A stretch of DNA of 64,000 nucleotides from Calditrichia bacterium (GTDB lineage: Bacteria > Calditrichota > Calditrichia > JAJRVZ01), in contig CAWCNS010000011.1 of NCBI GenBank assembly GCA_963796965.1, forward strand, positions 160,001 through 224,000, written 5' to 3'. Positions within the stretch are counted from its first letter, which is position 1. Each line of letters opens with the position of its first letter. Shown piece after piece: positions 33,641 through 44,425 of the stretch. The translations under genes were made by a program, and so were the position numbers. The notes beneath the pieces were generated by a model. That model was not told the origin of the DNA, made no database searches, and worked only from the letters and a program-made list of their open reading frames with translations.

Positions 33641-33994
33641 TCAAGATTTTACAAGCAAAAGAACAACAAGGGCCGCTACTATAAGTATGCTTAAACCAAC
33701 CACAACAAAAAGTTTCGTTTTCTTTGCCTGGGGAGATAAATCGGCCCACCTGGTTTCTTTTCCCCATTTCTTCTTGTTTGCGAGTCCAATTATCATGAGC
33801 ACAATACCTATAACCAAGAAAGCAGGATTTTCTGTAGAGATTCCAAGAGGGATCCATGTTAATCCGACAATAAAAAGTACGCGGTAGTTAGGAACTTTTT
33901 TTCCCTGGTCTTTTCTTGTAGAAATAATTAGAACTATAATGCCGAGTAGAACAGCAACAGCAATTATAATTGCAATTAGGGATATATTTTCCAT
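33641..33994 (-). CDS. Small hypothetical membrane protein
   Basis: Four hydrophobic segments; SD GAGGGG. Confidence 0.75.
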   Translation of the reverse strand: MENISLIAIIIAVAVLLGIIVLIISTRKDQGKKVPNYRVLFIVGLTWIPLGISTENPAFLVIGIVLMIIGLANKKKWGKETRWADLSPQAKKTKLFVVVGLSILIVAALVVLLLVKS

Positions 33995-34122
33995 TTAATT
34001 AAGTCCCCTCTCTTTTTGATTGCTTGGTGGTTGTAAATCAAATATAAACGAAACATCCGTGGTATAGGTACTATATCAAGAGTTAATGTTTACAGGCAAT
34101 TCTCAGAAGAGTTTTCACACCT

Positions 34123-35334
34123 TCACATTTCAAAGTCAAGCCAAATTAAATGATGATCAGAAGTTAATTTTGCTAAATTTGCGCCTAAAGAGTCTACCTT
34201 TGCATCCGGCCAATAGACGCCACCGCTGACAGGTTTCAAGTCTTTGCTGGGAAGCAGGTGATCAATGCGAAGACCGCGGTCCTTCCATCCCGTAGTACGT
34301 CGTTCAATATATTCAGGCGGGCCGGCTTTCTGACCTCTTAATGCACCCTCGCTTACCAGGAAATGTCCACAGTCATTTACTTTTTCATGCTGAAGTAACT
34401 GGTCAATGGAACGCTGACCTGTCTGTAACGTATCGCCATTGGGCGCAGCATTCAGATCTCCTGCGATGATAAAACTCTCATCTTCCCCTAAGCCCCCCCT
34501 GATTCCTAAATCATCCACCATTACCGGGTCATTATTGATATAATGGACCCACATTCGGATCTCGTCATAGTTACGGCGACCATTGCGATCTTCCTTTCCA
34601 TCAAAAACCGGGGGCGTTGGGTGGGATACCAACAAGTGAATGACCTGTTCCCCAATTTGAACCGGTATATCCCAATGAGATTTACTGGAGAGACGAAAAA
34701 TATCTATCTCATCTGTCGAATACCATTCCGTTGGTAGAAGATTGTTAGGTAGGTCTTTCCATAGGAATTTTTGGAACGTCCGCGCTTTTCCGGTCTGCAG
34801 GGGATAACGCGAAAAAATGGCCATTGAATATTGACCAGGATAGGCCCCATAACCATAGCAATCACCACCATGGTCACGAGATCCCCGATCTGCATCTGTA
34901 GCCACTTTGCCGTTATTATCTAAATCCTTCCCCGTAAGAAATCCTGTATTACACGGTGCAGCATATACATAAGGATAGTGCAACGGATTTTCACCCTTGT
35001 TTAAATAATCGTCGTTAAATCGGTGCGCATTGAGCGTAAGATCCTTACCATCCGCCAATGCCGCGATATCATGATCAATCTCATTAAGTATCAGTACATC
35101 AGGATTGAGTTTAGTTAAAATTTCCGCAGCAGCCAGGAGTTGCTCATTTGAACCATTCCCCTCTTCATCGATTTCAGTCAGTTTTTCTGTCGACATTTCC
35201 CACACATTGAACTGTGCGAATCGAACAGTATTTTCTGATTTGCTCTTTTCTGCTGCGCATCCACAGACTGACAACACCCCACCAAAGGCAATTAAGGCAC
35301 ATAGGATTAACACTGAAGACTTCATTTTATCCAT
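34123..35334 (-). CDS. Endonuclease/exonuclease/phosphatase (EEP) family lipoprotein
   Basis: AQFNV, LNEID, SHPTPPVFD, RNYDE, GDLN, RIDHLL, SDHHL; lipobox-like SVCGC; start moved to MDKMK. Confidence 0.88.
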   Translation of the reverse strand: MDKMKSSVLILCALIAFGGVLSVCGCAAEKSKSENTVRFAQFNVWEMSTEKLTEIDEEGNGSNEQLLAAAEILTKLNPDVLILNEIDHDIAALADGKDLTLNAHRFNDDYLNKGENPLHYPYVYAAPCNTGFLTGKDLDNNGKVATDADRGSRDHGGDCYGYGAYPGQYSMAIFSRYPLQTGKARTFQKFLWKDLPNNLLPTEWYSTDEIDIFRLSSKSHWDIPVQIGEQVIHLLVSHPTPPVFDGKEDRNGRRNYDEIRMWVHYINNDPVMVDDLGIRGGLGEDESFIIAGDLNAAPNGDTLQTGQRSIDQLLQHEKVNDCGHFLVSEGALRGQKAGPPEYIERRTTGWKDRGLRIDHLLPSKDLKPVSGGVYWPDAKVDSLGANLAKLTSDHHLIWLDFEM

Positions 35335-35472
35335 CGTTTTCCTCACTTGATCCAGAGATTCGTTTATAGTATTTCCCATTTCCTGAAGAGCGCTCCTGGA
35401 CATTTCCGGTTGATTCCCGAAAGGTGATGTAGATGGAATCCGTTAATTTTAATGGGCCCTTAAAATACACAT

Positions 35473-35778
35473 TCAACCAAAATCTCTCTTATTATTAAGG
35501 TCCCGCTTTTCTTTTGAAGATTTTTCCAGGTCTATGTTTAAAAGGTTTGCCAAATCACATATATTCCATATCACATCAAACATTTCATGCCCAATCTTTC
35601 GTCGCAACGCATCCATATTCTGATTTTTTTGATTTAACCTTATTAATTCATTACTTAATTCACCAATTTCAGAAATGAGATACCGAAAGCGTTGGTCGAC
35701 ACTTCTTTCAGACCAGTTATTCTTTTTGCATAATTCTTCAGCGTGTTTTTGGATTTCACTAATTCTCATTTTTTTCAC
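35473..35778 (-). CDS. MazG-like nucleotide pyrophosphohydrolase
   Basis: LISEIGEL, HEMFDVIW, LANLLNIDLE; overlaps the upstream gene end. Confidence 0.85.
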   Translation of the reverse strand: MKKMRISEIQKHAEELCKKNNWSERSVDQRFRYLISEIGELSNELIRLNQKNQNMDALRRKIGHEMFDVIWNICDLANLLNIDLEKSSKEKRDLNNKRDFG

Positions 35779-38700
35779 TTATATTTAAATCTTCAATAGA
35801 CCTCGGTAAAAGTTGGTATCCACCCTTGTATGGCGCTGATGATTTATTTTGACCAACAATGCCAACAACCGTTACTTTTCCTGCCGGAATAGCGACACCT
35901 CCAAATAGCCGTGCATTACTTATCCACACATCCAGTTTATCGTCACCATCGCTAATCTGATACCTGTTGTAACCTTTAAATTTGCCCTGAGCAAGAAATG
36001 AAACATCTTCTATCGTAACCAGTTTACCTTCAAGGTGTTCAATCCCATCCCATTCCTGATTATTTATATCAGATATGCTGACCAATTGTGGTTCTGGATT
36101 TACTCCTTTTTTATGTACAATCACTTCTGAAATTTCTGCATCATAGACATATTCCGTCATACCCCGGTATACCACTAACGGTCCCGTAATTGTTACAGAA
36201 TCCCCCATACTCAATTTTGATATATAGGCGCTTCCGTATATGGCTACACCAGCCTCATCATCCTGAACAAATGCCGGACCGTTACGACCCAACTGATTCG
36301 TTGCAGTGACAATGCCGGATATCGTTTTTGCAGAATCACTATAAAAAGGTATACCCTGGCTGTCATTTTGTCTAAGTTCTTTTATTGAGAGATGTTCAAT
36401 GTCCGGAATTATTTCCAGATCTTCCAGTGATCTGGGATATAAGCGGTAACCCCCATCATAAGGAGTAGAAGATTTATATTGTCCCAAACAGCCAGCAATT
36501 GAGACACGTTGGGAAGGTATCAGAGTATTAATGATATTTACATCATTATCAAGATATATCTCCAGAGTATCTTTATCGTCTGTTATTTTATATACAACAT
36601 CTTCCAAAAAACGATCTTCTCCCAATATTTGTACGTTCTCTATTTTTAACAACTTGCCCTCAAGTATTTCTCTTCCACTCCATTCCTGTTCCTTTATTTC
36701 AGCGATCGTCACAGGATGAGGTTTTAAGATGGCACCTTTATCGTGTGGAATCAACCGAACCGTTTCTGAATCAAGTATAAGTTGTGTCAATCCAGACGAA
36801 TGTGCGAGAGTCCCGGTTAATGTAACCACATCACCTGTGTTCAATCTATTTTCGATATTGTCTCCATAGACAGCAATACCTGCCTGACCATCTTCAATAA
36901 AAGCGGTACGGTCACCTCCAAACTCCTGTGATGCTGTGACAATACCTGTAATCGTTTCAGTCGATCCTTTGTGTAGAGGTATACCCTTATTATCATTCAT
37001 TCTTGATGCATATATGCTGCTCTCTTCTTTTTCATAGATAAGTTTAAAATCAGCAACCACAGGGAGATGATCACTGGCCATTTCAGTATCCTGTTTAATA
37101 ACACCGTATTTTGAGAGCGAATCTACAGGCATAGCCGGTGTAAACATGACAAAACTATTTTCCAGATGGAGCACAGAACCGGAGTAGATGATATAATCCA
37201 ACCGGCCATTTGAATGTGACCCGGGTGTTCCCCTGCCTGTATGAGTAAAGGTATGTGGAAGGTTTGTAGAGAATGGTTTGGCATCTTCAAGAGAGGTGTC
37301 ATCCCAGTCCAATATAATATCTTTACCAAAAAGATCTTCCTGAATTATATTTCCTTCGATAAGCGTATTCACCTGCCTGGGATCCCCGACAAAGTTCATA
37401 TCTCCCATCAGGATTATTGGTGTCTTATCACTAATGGTTAGATCACCCCCTGGTCCTTTAACATCTCGCATAAAAGCAGCTATCGCGTCAACCTCATCCT
37501 GTCTGGCAGAATCATTATCACAACAAGCAGGATGAGCAACAATGATCAGCAAATCACTATTGAACTCGGGTCTCAAATCAAGTAGAAAGGCACCGTTGCC
37601 AAAAGGGCCTGCCGAACTATGGTATTTTATTGAAAATCGTGTTGCTAAAACATTGTCGCTGGTACGTTGGGCTTTCCAGCTTCTACCCTTTGGGGAGGGA
37701 AGGATTTCTTCTAAGCGAGAGGTGACATCGTCCAATTTATAATCCTGGTAGAGTTCAGAAAAACCAATAATATCTGGCTTTAATGCCTGATAAATCCTTT
37801 TATAAGCATCTTTCCTGTCCCTTCTAAAAAAACTGCTGAATAAAACATTGTGGGAAAGGATCCGGATATGATCATCTGATATTTTATTTAATGAATACGT
37901 TTCCAGGGGAGGATGTGTATATTTACCAATTTGATATTGGGCACCCCCACTTTCCGATGGGATAGATACACCGGTTGATTCGTCTTTGATTAGCAGTCTG
38001 ATTCGGGGTGAGGAAAATAATTTTAAATCATTAGAGATTGAACTCAGAGCGATGGTGATCTCATACCGGTCAGACCATACCGTTGGTGATATAATAAGAG
38101 AGAGGGGACCTACCCCAATTGTGTCTTTTTTATTTCCCTGATAAATCACACCCAGTCGCTCACCAAATCTAAACTCAATTTCAGCACCAAGGCCCTGAAC
38201 CGATTTACCTGTTCCAGGATCATTATCAGTATCCAGATAAAGCGTTAATAAATTATTGTTCTGTAACGACACTATTGAATCTGTTCCAAAATGGATATAC
38301 AGGAGTTCATCATCGTTTATTACTTTTAATAATTTACTTGAATTTGAACCTGGCTTTCCCTCACCCAGATTCGGAAAAATATCCCACTCTTTAAAATTTT
38401 CGTCAGCGCGTATTATGGGCAAGACATCATTATTGCCAATACTGAAGTTTGAGGTGAATACAGCAAGATCACTTTCAAAATCCGAATTTAGTTTAACTTT
38501 ACAGGAGGATGATTCTATTTCAGGTATCCTCCACTTAATCGAACCGCGATTCGCTTCGACATTTGACTGAATGGTATCCCAATTAAGTCCACCATCAGAT
38601 GAGAATTGAATACTGAGATTTCCTTTTATGGACGACTCCCATTTGATCTCTGTTTCAGCTCCTCCCTGAAAGTATTCACCACCAAACGGATTTAGAAGTG

Positions 38701-38806
38701 CAATTTGATTATCGGACTGTGCAGAACTTCTACCAGATAAGACCTGAAATACGATTAAACAGAGTAACAATGACTTATACAATATTATCTCCTCCTGCCA
38801 GGCCAT
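35759..38806 (-). CDS. Exported EEP hydrolase with N-terminal Ig-like domains and two C-terminal tandem OB-fold modules
   Basis: LSHNV, GFSEL, GDMNF, RLDYII, SDHLPVVADF; two repeats GIVTA..F.QD...GD.VT.TG..EG KL..PRS.EDL. Confidence 0.85.
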   Translation of the reverse strand: MAWQEEIILYKSLLLCLIVFQVLSGRSSAQSDNQIALLNPFGGEYFQGGAETEIKWESSIKGNLSIQFSSDGGLNWDTIQSNVEANRGSIKWRIPEIESSSCKVKLNSDFESDLAVFTSNFSIGNNDVLPIIRADENFKEWDIFPNLGEGKPGSNSSKLLKVINDDELLYIHFGTDSIVSLQNNNLLTLYLDTDNDPGTGKSVQGLGAEIEFRFGERLGVIYQGNKKDTIGVGPLSLIISPTVWSDRYEITIALSSISNDLKLFSSPRIRLLIKDESTGVSIPSESGGAQYQIGKYTHPPLETYSLNKISDDHIRILSHNVLFSSFFRRDRKDAYKRIYQALKPDIIGFSELYQDYKLDDVTSRLEEILPSPKGRSWKAQRTSDNVLATRFSIKYHSSAGPFGNGAFLLDLRPEFNSDLLIIVAHPACCDNDSARQDEVDAIAAFMRDVKGPGGDLTISDKTPIILMGDMNFVGDPRQVNTLIEGNIIQEDLFGKDIILDWDDTSLEDAKPFSTNLPHTFTHTGRGTPGSHSNGRLDYIIYSGSVLHLENSFVMFTPAMPVDSLSKYGVIKQDTEMASDHLPVVADFKLIYEKEESSIYASRMNDNKGIPLHKGSTETITGIVTASQEFGGDRTAFIEDGQAGIAVYGDNIENRLNTGDVVTLTGTLAHSSGLTQLILDSETVRLIPHDKGAILKPHPVTIAEIKEQEWSGREILEGKLLKIENVQILGEDRFLEDVVYKITDDKDTLEIYLDNDVNIINTLIPSQRVSIAGCLGQYKSSTPYDGGYRLYPRSLEDLEIIPDIEHLSIKELRQNDSQGIPFYSDSAKTISGIVTATNQLGRNGPAFVQDDEAGVAIYGSAYISKLSMGDSVTITGPLVVYRGMTEYVYDAEISEVIVHKKGVNPEPQLVSISDINNQEWDGIEHLEGKLVTIEDVSFLAQGKFKGYNRYQISDGDDKLDVWISNARLFGGVAIPAGKVTVVGIVGQNKSSAPYKGGYQLLPRSIEDLNISEKNEN

Positions 38807-38877
38807 TTATTTATAGTTAGTCTCATATGACAAAGGTGTTAAGTTAAGATTTAAATATGAATTTATAGACATCGAAA

Positions 38878-39085
38878 TTTTAAATGAGTATATTAATTTC
38901 CCAAAATGGAGACTTGATTAAAAGAACTCACCCTAAATCCCTCTCTTAAAAAGAGAGGGACTTTGAAGAGCCCCTTCTCGTCATTCTGACTCCCGCCATT
39001 GCAGGAAAGGAAAGAGAAGGGGATTTTTATTAAAATAATTATTGACAATTTATTCTTCTTTTAATCCGGAGACTTATGATCACAT
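38878..39085 (+). repeat. Dispersed ~200-bp palindromic element, copy A
   Basis: Aligns by eye to the reverse complement of 61805-62018; ATCCCTCTCTT..AAGAGAGGGA and CCCCTTCTC..GAGAAGGGG hairpins. Confidence 0.8.
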
Positions 39086-39089
39086 GATA

Positions 39090-42000
39090 TTATTTCAATA
39101 AAATTAATCGTCTGGATTGGGTATAGTTACCTGCTTCAATTTTGTAATAATACACCCCGCTAGCAAAGTCAGAAGCATCCCAGGTATATTTATAATTTCC
39201 GGGAGGAACCTGCTCATTTATTAATCTGGCGACTTCCTTGCCCACTGAATCGTACACCCTCAGGTTCACAAATTCGGTAGTTGGTAGTGAAAATTCGATG
39301 GTTGTGGCGGGATTGAAGGGATTTGGATAATTTTGTTGTAGTTCAAATACGAGTGGACCGGGGTGACTGATATCTGACAAGGTCAGTGTGAGATAACTTA
39401 AAGTAAAACGGTCTGTCCAAAACAACTGGTTATCACTAAATATATCGATGGTAACATTTACGCTGTCAGGAAGGGTCTGCGTAATAAAACTGTAAAACGA
39501 TAAACTCTGTTCTGTTTGACCGGGACCAATATCACTAAAAGTACGAAAATTATCTTCAATGGTGATTTGAGGATTATTGGTTTTTAGTTCTGCGGTTATA
39601 TTTGAGGCTGTGGTGATAGAGCCATCGTTACGTAACAATAAACGTACCCGTGATCTGTCTCCAACCTGTTGGGCAATATAAACACTATCAAACACAACCG
39701 GGCCAATAGTTGTAAATTTAGCACCATCAGATAAGAGGTTGTTGTAAACAGAATCCTGGGTGATCGTGCTAATATGGACCATAAAATCTTTTTCTTCCAC
39801 CCCTACCGGCCAATATCCTCCATAAAGTCCGTCTCCGGCGGAATTGTCTTCATGAAGACCATCGTCATGCATTCGCACGGTATCTGCCACACTTTGGTCC
39901 GTGCTTTTGATAATTGCGTTTACATAGATACTTTGGCTTTGTGGATTTATTATATTTGAGATGACAGATAAGGTATCTTTATTGGGCATGTAGAATATTC
40001 TATCGATGGTACAATCCTCTGCATAAGGTCCTGAACTGGGTGAATACACACTTAATGTTATAGACTGAGAGGAACTCGGAAGAATATCTAATTCAACATG
40101 GTAGACTGCATATACCCCGGCATCATCAACCTGAAGGATAGTCCCGGCACTAACCTGCGGATTAATCCCGTCTTTTGGCATAAGAAAACGGACCCTGGCA
40201 TGTTCGAATTGCTCATCAAAATTATTAGTGATAGTAGCCGTCACGATATAATTCGTACCATTATTAGCCGGGGCAAAGGAAATATCCAGGTTTTCGCCAT
40301 TATCTCCGGAACGTAGTGTTGGTGAAGGTATAATAGTACCGCCACTTACGCGGATCAATCGGAAAGCCCGCCGACCATCGCTGCATGCCTCCGTACTAAG
40401 GAAAAAAGGAGGTGTATCGATTGAACCTGAGTTTGAATGCGTATGCCCCCAAAGAGCAAGATCAATCCCCAGGGCCCCGAGATCCAAACTATTATTAAAA
40501 TCATAATGATAAAATAAAATTTTTAGCAGGGAATCATCGAGATTATTTACCTCGTTCTCAAGCCAGTCCAATTGACTTTCCAGGAAACTTTCCCCACCAT
40601 AAATATCTGGTCGCCACCCATCATAATTCAGATAAGCTTCCAGGCCAATAAACTGACATTGGCCATAATTAAATGAATAGTCCTGGCTAAAGGGAGGATT
40701 TAACCCTCCGGGCTTATCAAGATACTTCCAACCAAAAAAACGCCACCAATTTCTTCTTGCTGTTCCATCCGACATGGGTGTAGCATTCCATCCACCAAGA
40801 TCATGATTTCCCGGAACCAAATATAAAGGCACCTTGAATTCTGACAACAGGTTTTTTGCTTTTGTAAATTCTCTAAAATTAAATAGGTCCTCCAGTTCAC
40901 CCTCGTTTATAAGATCCCCTGTATGGAGGACAAATTCTGGGTTTATCAGTTCTATATCTTTCATCACTTCTCTAAGATCTGCAATTTCTGAAGAGTCTTG
41001 TTCGAAATTATCATCTCTGCAAAAATAGTGGGTAGGCAGGTGGGTATCTGTAATATGGATAAAATAAAAATCATCCCTGAAACTTTGAATAACATTTACC
41101 GCATTCCGGGAGATATCTGTTTCTCCTCCTAAAATCTCCAATTTTAAATCGTAAAGACGGTAAGCAATATTTTCCGGGATTAGAGATTTTAAAATCCATA
41201 ACTGTCGATCAGAATCAAAGGCTTGACTCAATGCGACAAGGCCAACTTCATAATCTTCTGACAGGAGAAAAGCCGACCAGCCAGAAGGACTTTCTAACAA
41301 ATCACATACTATATTCAGGGTGTCACCGGATTGAATAATAGCCGGAATATTTATCAAGGGTTGCTGTATAAGTGTCAGCGTGTCACCAATGGCCATTGTT
41401 GGCAATGTCTCTATATCTGAGAGGTAGCGGGGTTGCAATTTATAACTGCCCATATCATACACCAGAATACCTGATATAGAAGAGAGAGGTGTGCCAGTAA
41501 TAGGGATTTCAAAAGAGATGTCCGCTGCATCATTTCCAATAATGGTAAATCCATTTAAATCAGTACATGCGCCCTCGATAGTGCTAACTTCCCACTCTCC
41601 ATCTCCAAGATCATCTTCGGATATGTAAACATCATTTATGCGAACCAATACCCCTTCATATAATTCCGAATTTGAGGCCTCTGAAGCAATTTCGTTGGTA
41701 GTCACGACCTCAGCCTGAGGTAGCGGATTTCCTATACTTAGAATGTCATTTTTATGAACCAGAATCCCCATCATGCCATCAGATACATATAGAGTTCCGG
41801 TTATACGCAAGGCATCTCCCTCATTTGCATTTAATGTGGCTGTACTATCGTAAATTAATATACCGCTAAATGATCCTCCATCAGGTTCTTCTATGAACGT
41901 TTCGTTGGGATGATAGACTCCGGTAGCAACGGTCACGATACCTTGAACGGTTACAGTATCGCCTATAAGTGCGCTATTTTGTTTGACCTGCGGTATTGTA

Positions 42001-42671
42001 TAAATAGATGAAGTATCGCCATCAGCGATATCTGAGCGATAACGTGGTTCAACTTTAAAATTGTTATTACTGTAATAAAGTATACCGATTATGGCCGCTA
42101 TCTCTGTACCGATTTCCGGCACATCATATAAAAGATTATCGGCATCATCATCAATCCGGCAAGCCCCGCTTCCGTCATCGACAAGCCATTCCCCTTCCCC
42201 AAGACTGTCCTGAATAACGGAAACATTTTTAACTTTTACCAATACACTTTCAAAAGATTCCGCTTCTGAAGAACCCGTGGAGAGATCACTCGTATTAACC
42301 ACCTCAACATTGGGCAAAGGATTCCCGCTGCTAAATTTGTAAAAACTGCCCACAACAATTTCAGTTAATCCATTATTTTCAGAGACAACCCCAATGACAC
42401 GTATACGGTCGCCCTCTTCAACATATAATGATGCAGATGCATCCCAGAGCGCAATCCCACTCCATGCTCCGCCATCGGCATCACTCATAAAGGTTCTTCT
42501 AACATCAAAAATACCGGTACGCGCGGTAACAATTCCAACAATCGCAACTTCTTTTCCTTGCAAAGAAGGATCCTGCTGAACTGTATAAATATCTGTTACA
42601 ACAGGCTGTGCATTAAGTTGGAATGAAAGCAGAATGAATAGCGTAAGTGATAATTTTATTTTTATTCTCAT
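39090..42671 (-). CDS. Secreted calcineurin-like metallophosphoesterase with two N-terminal OB-fold modules, choice-of-anchor X-like motif and T9SS type A-like CTD
   Basis: ITDTHL, TGDLIN, PGNHD, GHTH; HDDGLHEDNSAGDGLYG; QNYPNPFNP...SGVYYYKI. Confidence 0.87.
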   Translation of the reverse strand: MRIKIKLSLTLFILLSFQLNAQPVVTDIYTVQQDPSLQGKEVAIVGIVTARTGIFDVRRTFMSDADGGAWSGIALWDASASLYVEEGDRIRVIGVVSENNGLTEIVVGSFYKFSSGNPLPNVEVVNTSDLSTGSSEAESFESVLVKVKNVSVIQDSLGEGEWLVDDGSGACRIDDDADNLLYDVPEIGTEIAAIIGILYYSNNNFKVEPRYRSDIADGDTSSIYTIPQVKQNSALIGDTVTVQGIVTVATGVYHPNETFIEEPDGGSFSGILIYDSTATLNANEGDALRITGTLYVSDGMMGILVHKNDILSIGNPLPQAEVVTTNEIASEASNSELYEGVLVRINDVYISEDDLGDGEWEVSTIEGACTDLNGFTIIGNDAADISFEIPITGTPLSSISGILVYDMGSYKLQPRYLSDIETLPTMAIGDTLTLIQQPLINIPAIIQSGDTLNIVCDLLESPSGWSAFLLSEDYEVGLVALSQAFDSDRQLWILKSLIPENIAYRLYDLKLEILGGETDISRNAVNVIQSFRDDFYFIHITDTHLPTHYFCRDDNFEQDSSEIADLREVMKDIELINPEFVLHTGDLINEGELEDLFNFREFTKAKNLLSEFKVPLYLVPGNHDLGGWNATPMSDGTARRNWWRFFGWKYLDKPGGLNPPFSQDYSFNYGQCQFIGLEAYLNYDGWRPDIYGGESFLESQLDWLENEVNNLDDSLLKILFYHYDFNNSLDLGALGIDLALWGHTHSNSGSIDTPPFFLSTEACSDGRRAFRLIRVSGGTIIPSPTLRSGDNGENLDISFAPANNGTNYIVTATITNNFDEQFEHARVRFLMPKDGINPQVSAGTILQVDDAGVYAVYHVELDILPSSSQSITLSVYSPSSGPYAEDCTIDRIFYMPNKDTLSVISNIINPQSQSIYVNAIIKSTDQSVADTVRMHDDGLHEDNSAGDGLYGGYWPVGVEEKDFMVHISTITQDSVYNNLLSDGAKFTTIGPVVFDSVYIAQQVGDRSRVRLLLRNDGSITTASNITAELKTNNPQITIEDNFRTFSDIGPGQTEQSLSFYSFITQTLPDSVNVTIDIFSDNQLFWTDRFTLSYLTLTLSDISHPGPLVFELQQNYPNPFNPATTIEFSLPTTEFVNLRVYDSVGKEVARLINEQVPPGNYKYTWDASDFASGVYYYKIEAGNYTQSRRLILLK

Positions 42672-42759
42672 AATTTTGAATCTCTCTGCAATATCGTCTT
42701 TTGTAATTTCAGGCGCAAGAAATCAATCATTAAATTACTAATAATTAGTATTAGTTTTT

Positions 42760-44269
42760 TTACCCGTCAATAAATTTAAGCTTTTGTTTTGCCCATTTAT
42801 TATCGGGATAAACTGCTAGCGCCTTTTCAAAATTTTTAATAGCCAGGTCAACATTCCCATTTAATCTGTATGCCTCTCCCAATCCGCTGTAAGCATTAGA
42901 ATATTCTGGAAAAGAATTAACATTTAATTTGTAGATTTCAATGGCATCGGTATATTTTTCCAAGTTAACCAATTGGTATCCTAGATTGTTCAACTCCCAT
43001 TTACTAAAATTATAATGATCAGGTTTTGTTTTTTTCAGGAGGAGATATTCCGCAACTGCTGCTTCCATACCTTCAGTTACTATTATCTTTCCTATCACGT
43101 CAGCAATGCTGATCTTTGGCAAGGAATAGGGTTTATCATGCAATATCTGGGTCAACCCTTTGCGAATCTCATAGATATAGGAACATGAATTATTCGTAAG
43201 TAGAATAATAGTATTATCTTCTTCAATTTCACGCCAAAGCCAGGTTCTGGCCGCGATCCAACCACCACCATGGCTGACCGCTTTTTTACCGGTTAAAGTC
43301 GTATCAATTCCCCATCCAAAACCATAATTGGAAGTATGGTCATTGTTTAACCTGACCGCTGTAAAAGCTTTTCTAACGTTTCTCTCGATACTAATATTTC
43401 AGTATAAAGGGCTCGATCCCATTTATATAAATCAGAAGTCGTTGAATAAATGGCACCATCCCCGGCAATACCACTCATATAGTGGAAATCATGGGATATA
43501 TAATCATTGCCGTTCAGCGCCAATCGATATCCATAGACCCTGTTTTCCATTGGATCATCTCGGATAGCACTATAAACCAATGTATGCGACATTTGTAAAG
43601 GATCAAAAATATTATTTTTCAAAAAAACTTCAAAAGGTTCTTGTGCCACACGAGCGACAATGGAAGCCAGAAAAACATAGCCCGTATTGCTGTAGGCATA
43701 CTTATCATCGGGTTTAAATAAAAGTTCTGGTTGATACGTTACAAACATAGCAATGACATCATCATTGTTGGCATATTTTTTATCTTCAAAATTTTTATTC
43801 ACGGGATCCCAATATTTCTCAAACAGATCCTCGTATTCGACGATACCACCCGTATGGTTGAGTAAATTTCTGATCGTGATCCCCAAATAGGGTAATTCGG
43901 GGAGATATTTTCTAATATCATCTTCATAATCTAACATGCCTCTTTCTTCCAATATCATAATCGCCATTGCTGTGAAAGGTTTTGAAAGAGAAGCAAGTCT
44001 GAACTGTGAATTTTGTTTGCAATCGGTTGGTGCGGATTAAAATTGGCTATCCCAAGTGATTCATGATAAATCACCTCACCATTTTTAGCCACCAAAGCAC
44101 TCCCGCTAAAGAGATGGTTATCATAACAATATTTGATATAGGCATCAATTTTCTCTGATGTAGATTCTCCACAAGAATAATAGCCGAATACAACAAATAG
44201 AACGGAAAGTACTCTGATAATTATTGGGATTAATTTATGCCTTTTCCATCCCATTTTATGATTCTCCAA
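42760..44269 (-). CDS. Serine hydrolase (AmpC/beta-lactamase family) with C-terminal TPR (frameshifts near 44010 and 43370)
   Basis: FRLASLSKPFT, LLNHTGG, YSNTGY, YGFGW, HGGGW across frames; TPR ending. Confidence 0.82.
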
Positions 44270-44425
44270 TATATTGAATGGACTAAGTAAGGGGATAAAT
44301 GATAGTTCATTGTAAATTCTTAAGAATGGAATCTAAATCGCCTTTAATGAAATCTATATATCTAATTGAAATAACTTACTATCTGGGGGAGAGTGATTCT
44401 TGAAATTACCGATGAATGTCTTGGT

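Noticed and set aside
35473..35778. MazG as part of an anti-phage or toxin-antitoxin system
   Set aside because: No mazEF or defence genes adjacent; the context is exported hydrolases
42760..44269. Antibiotic-resistance beta-lactamase
   Set aside because: SxxK hydrolases with TPR tails are a broad peptidase/esterase group; resistance cannot be inferred from sequence
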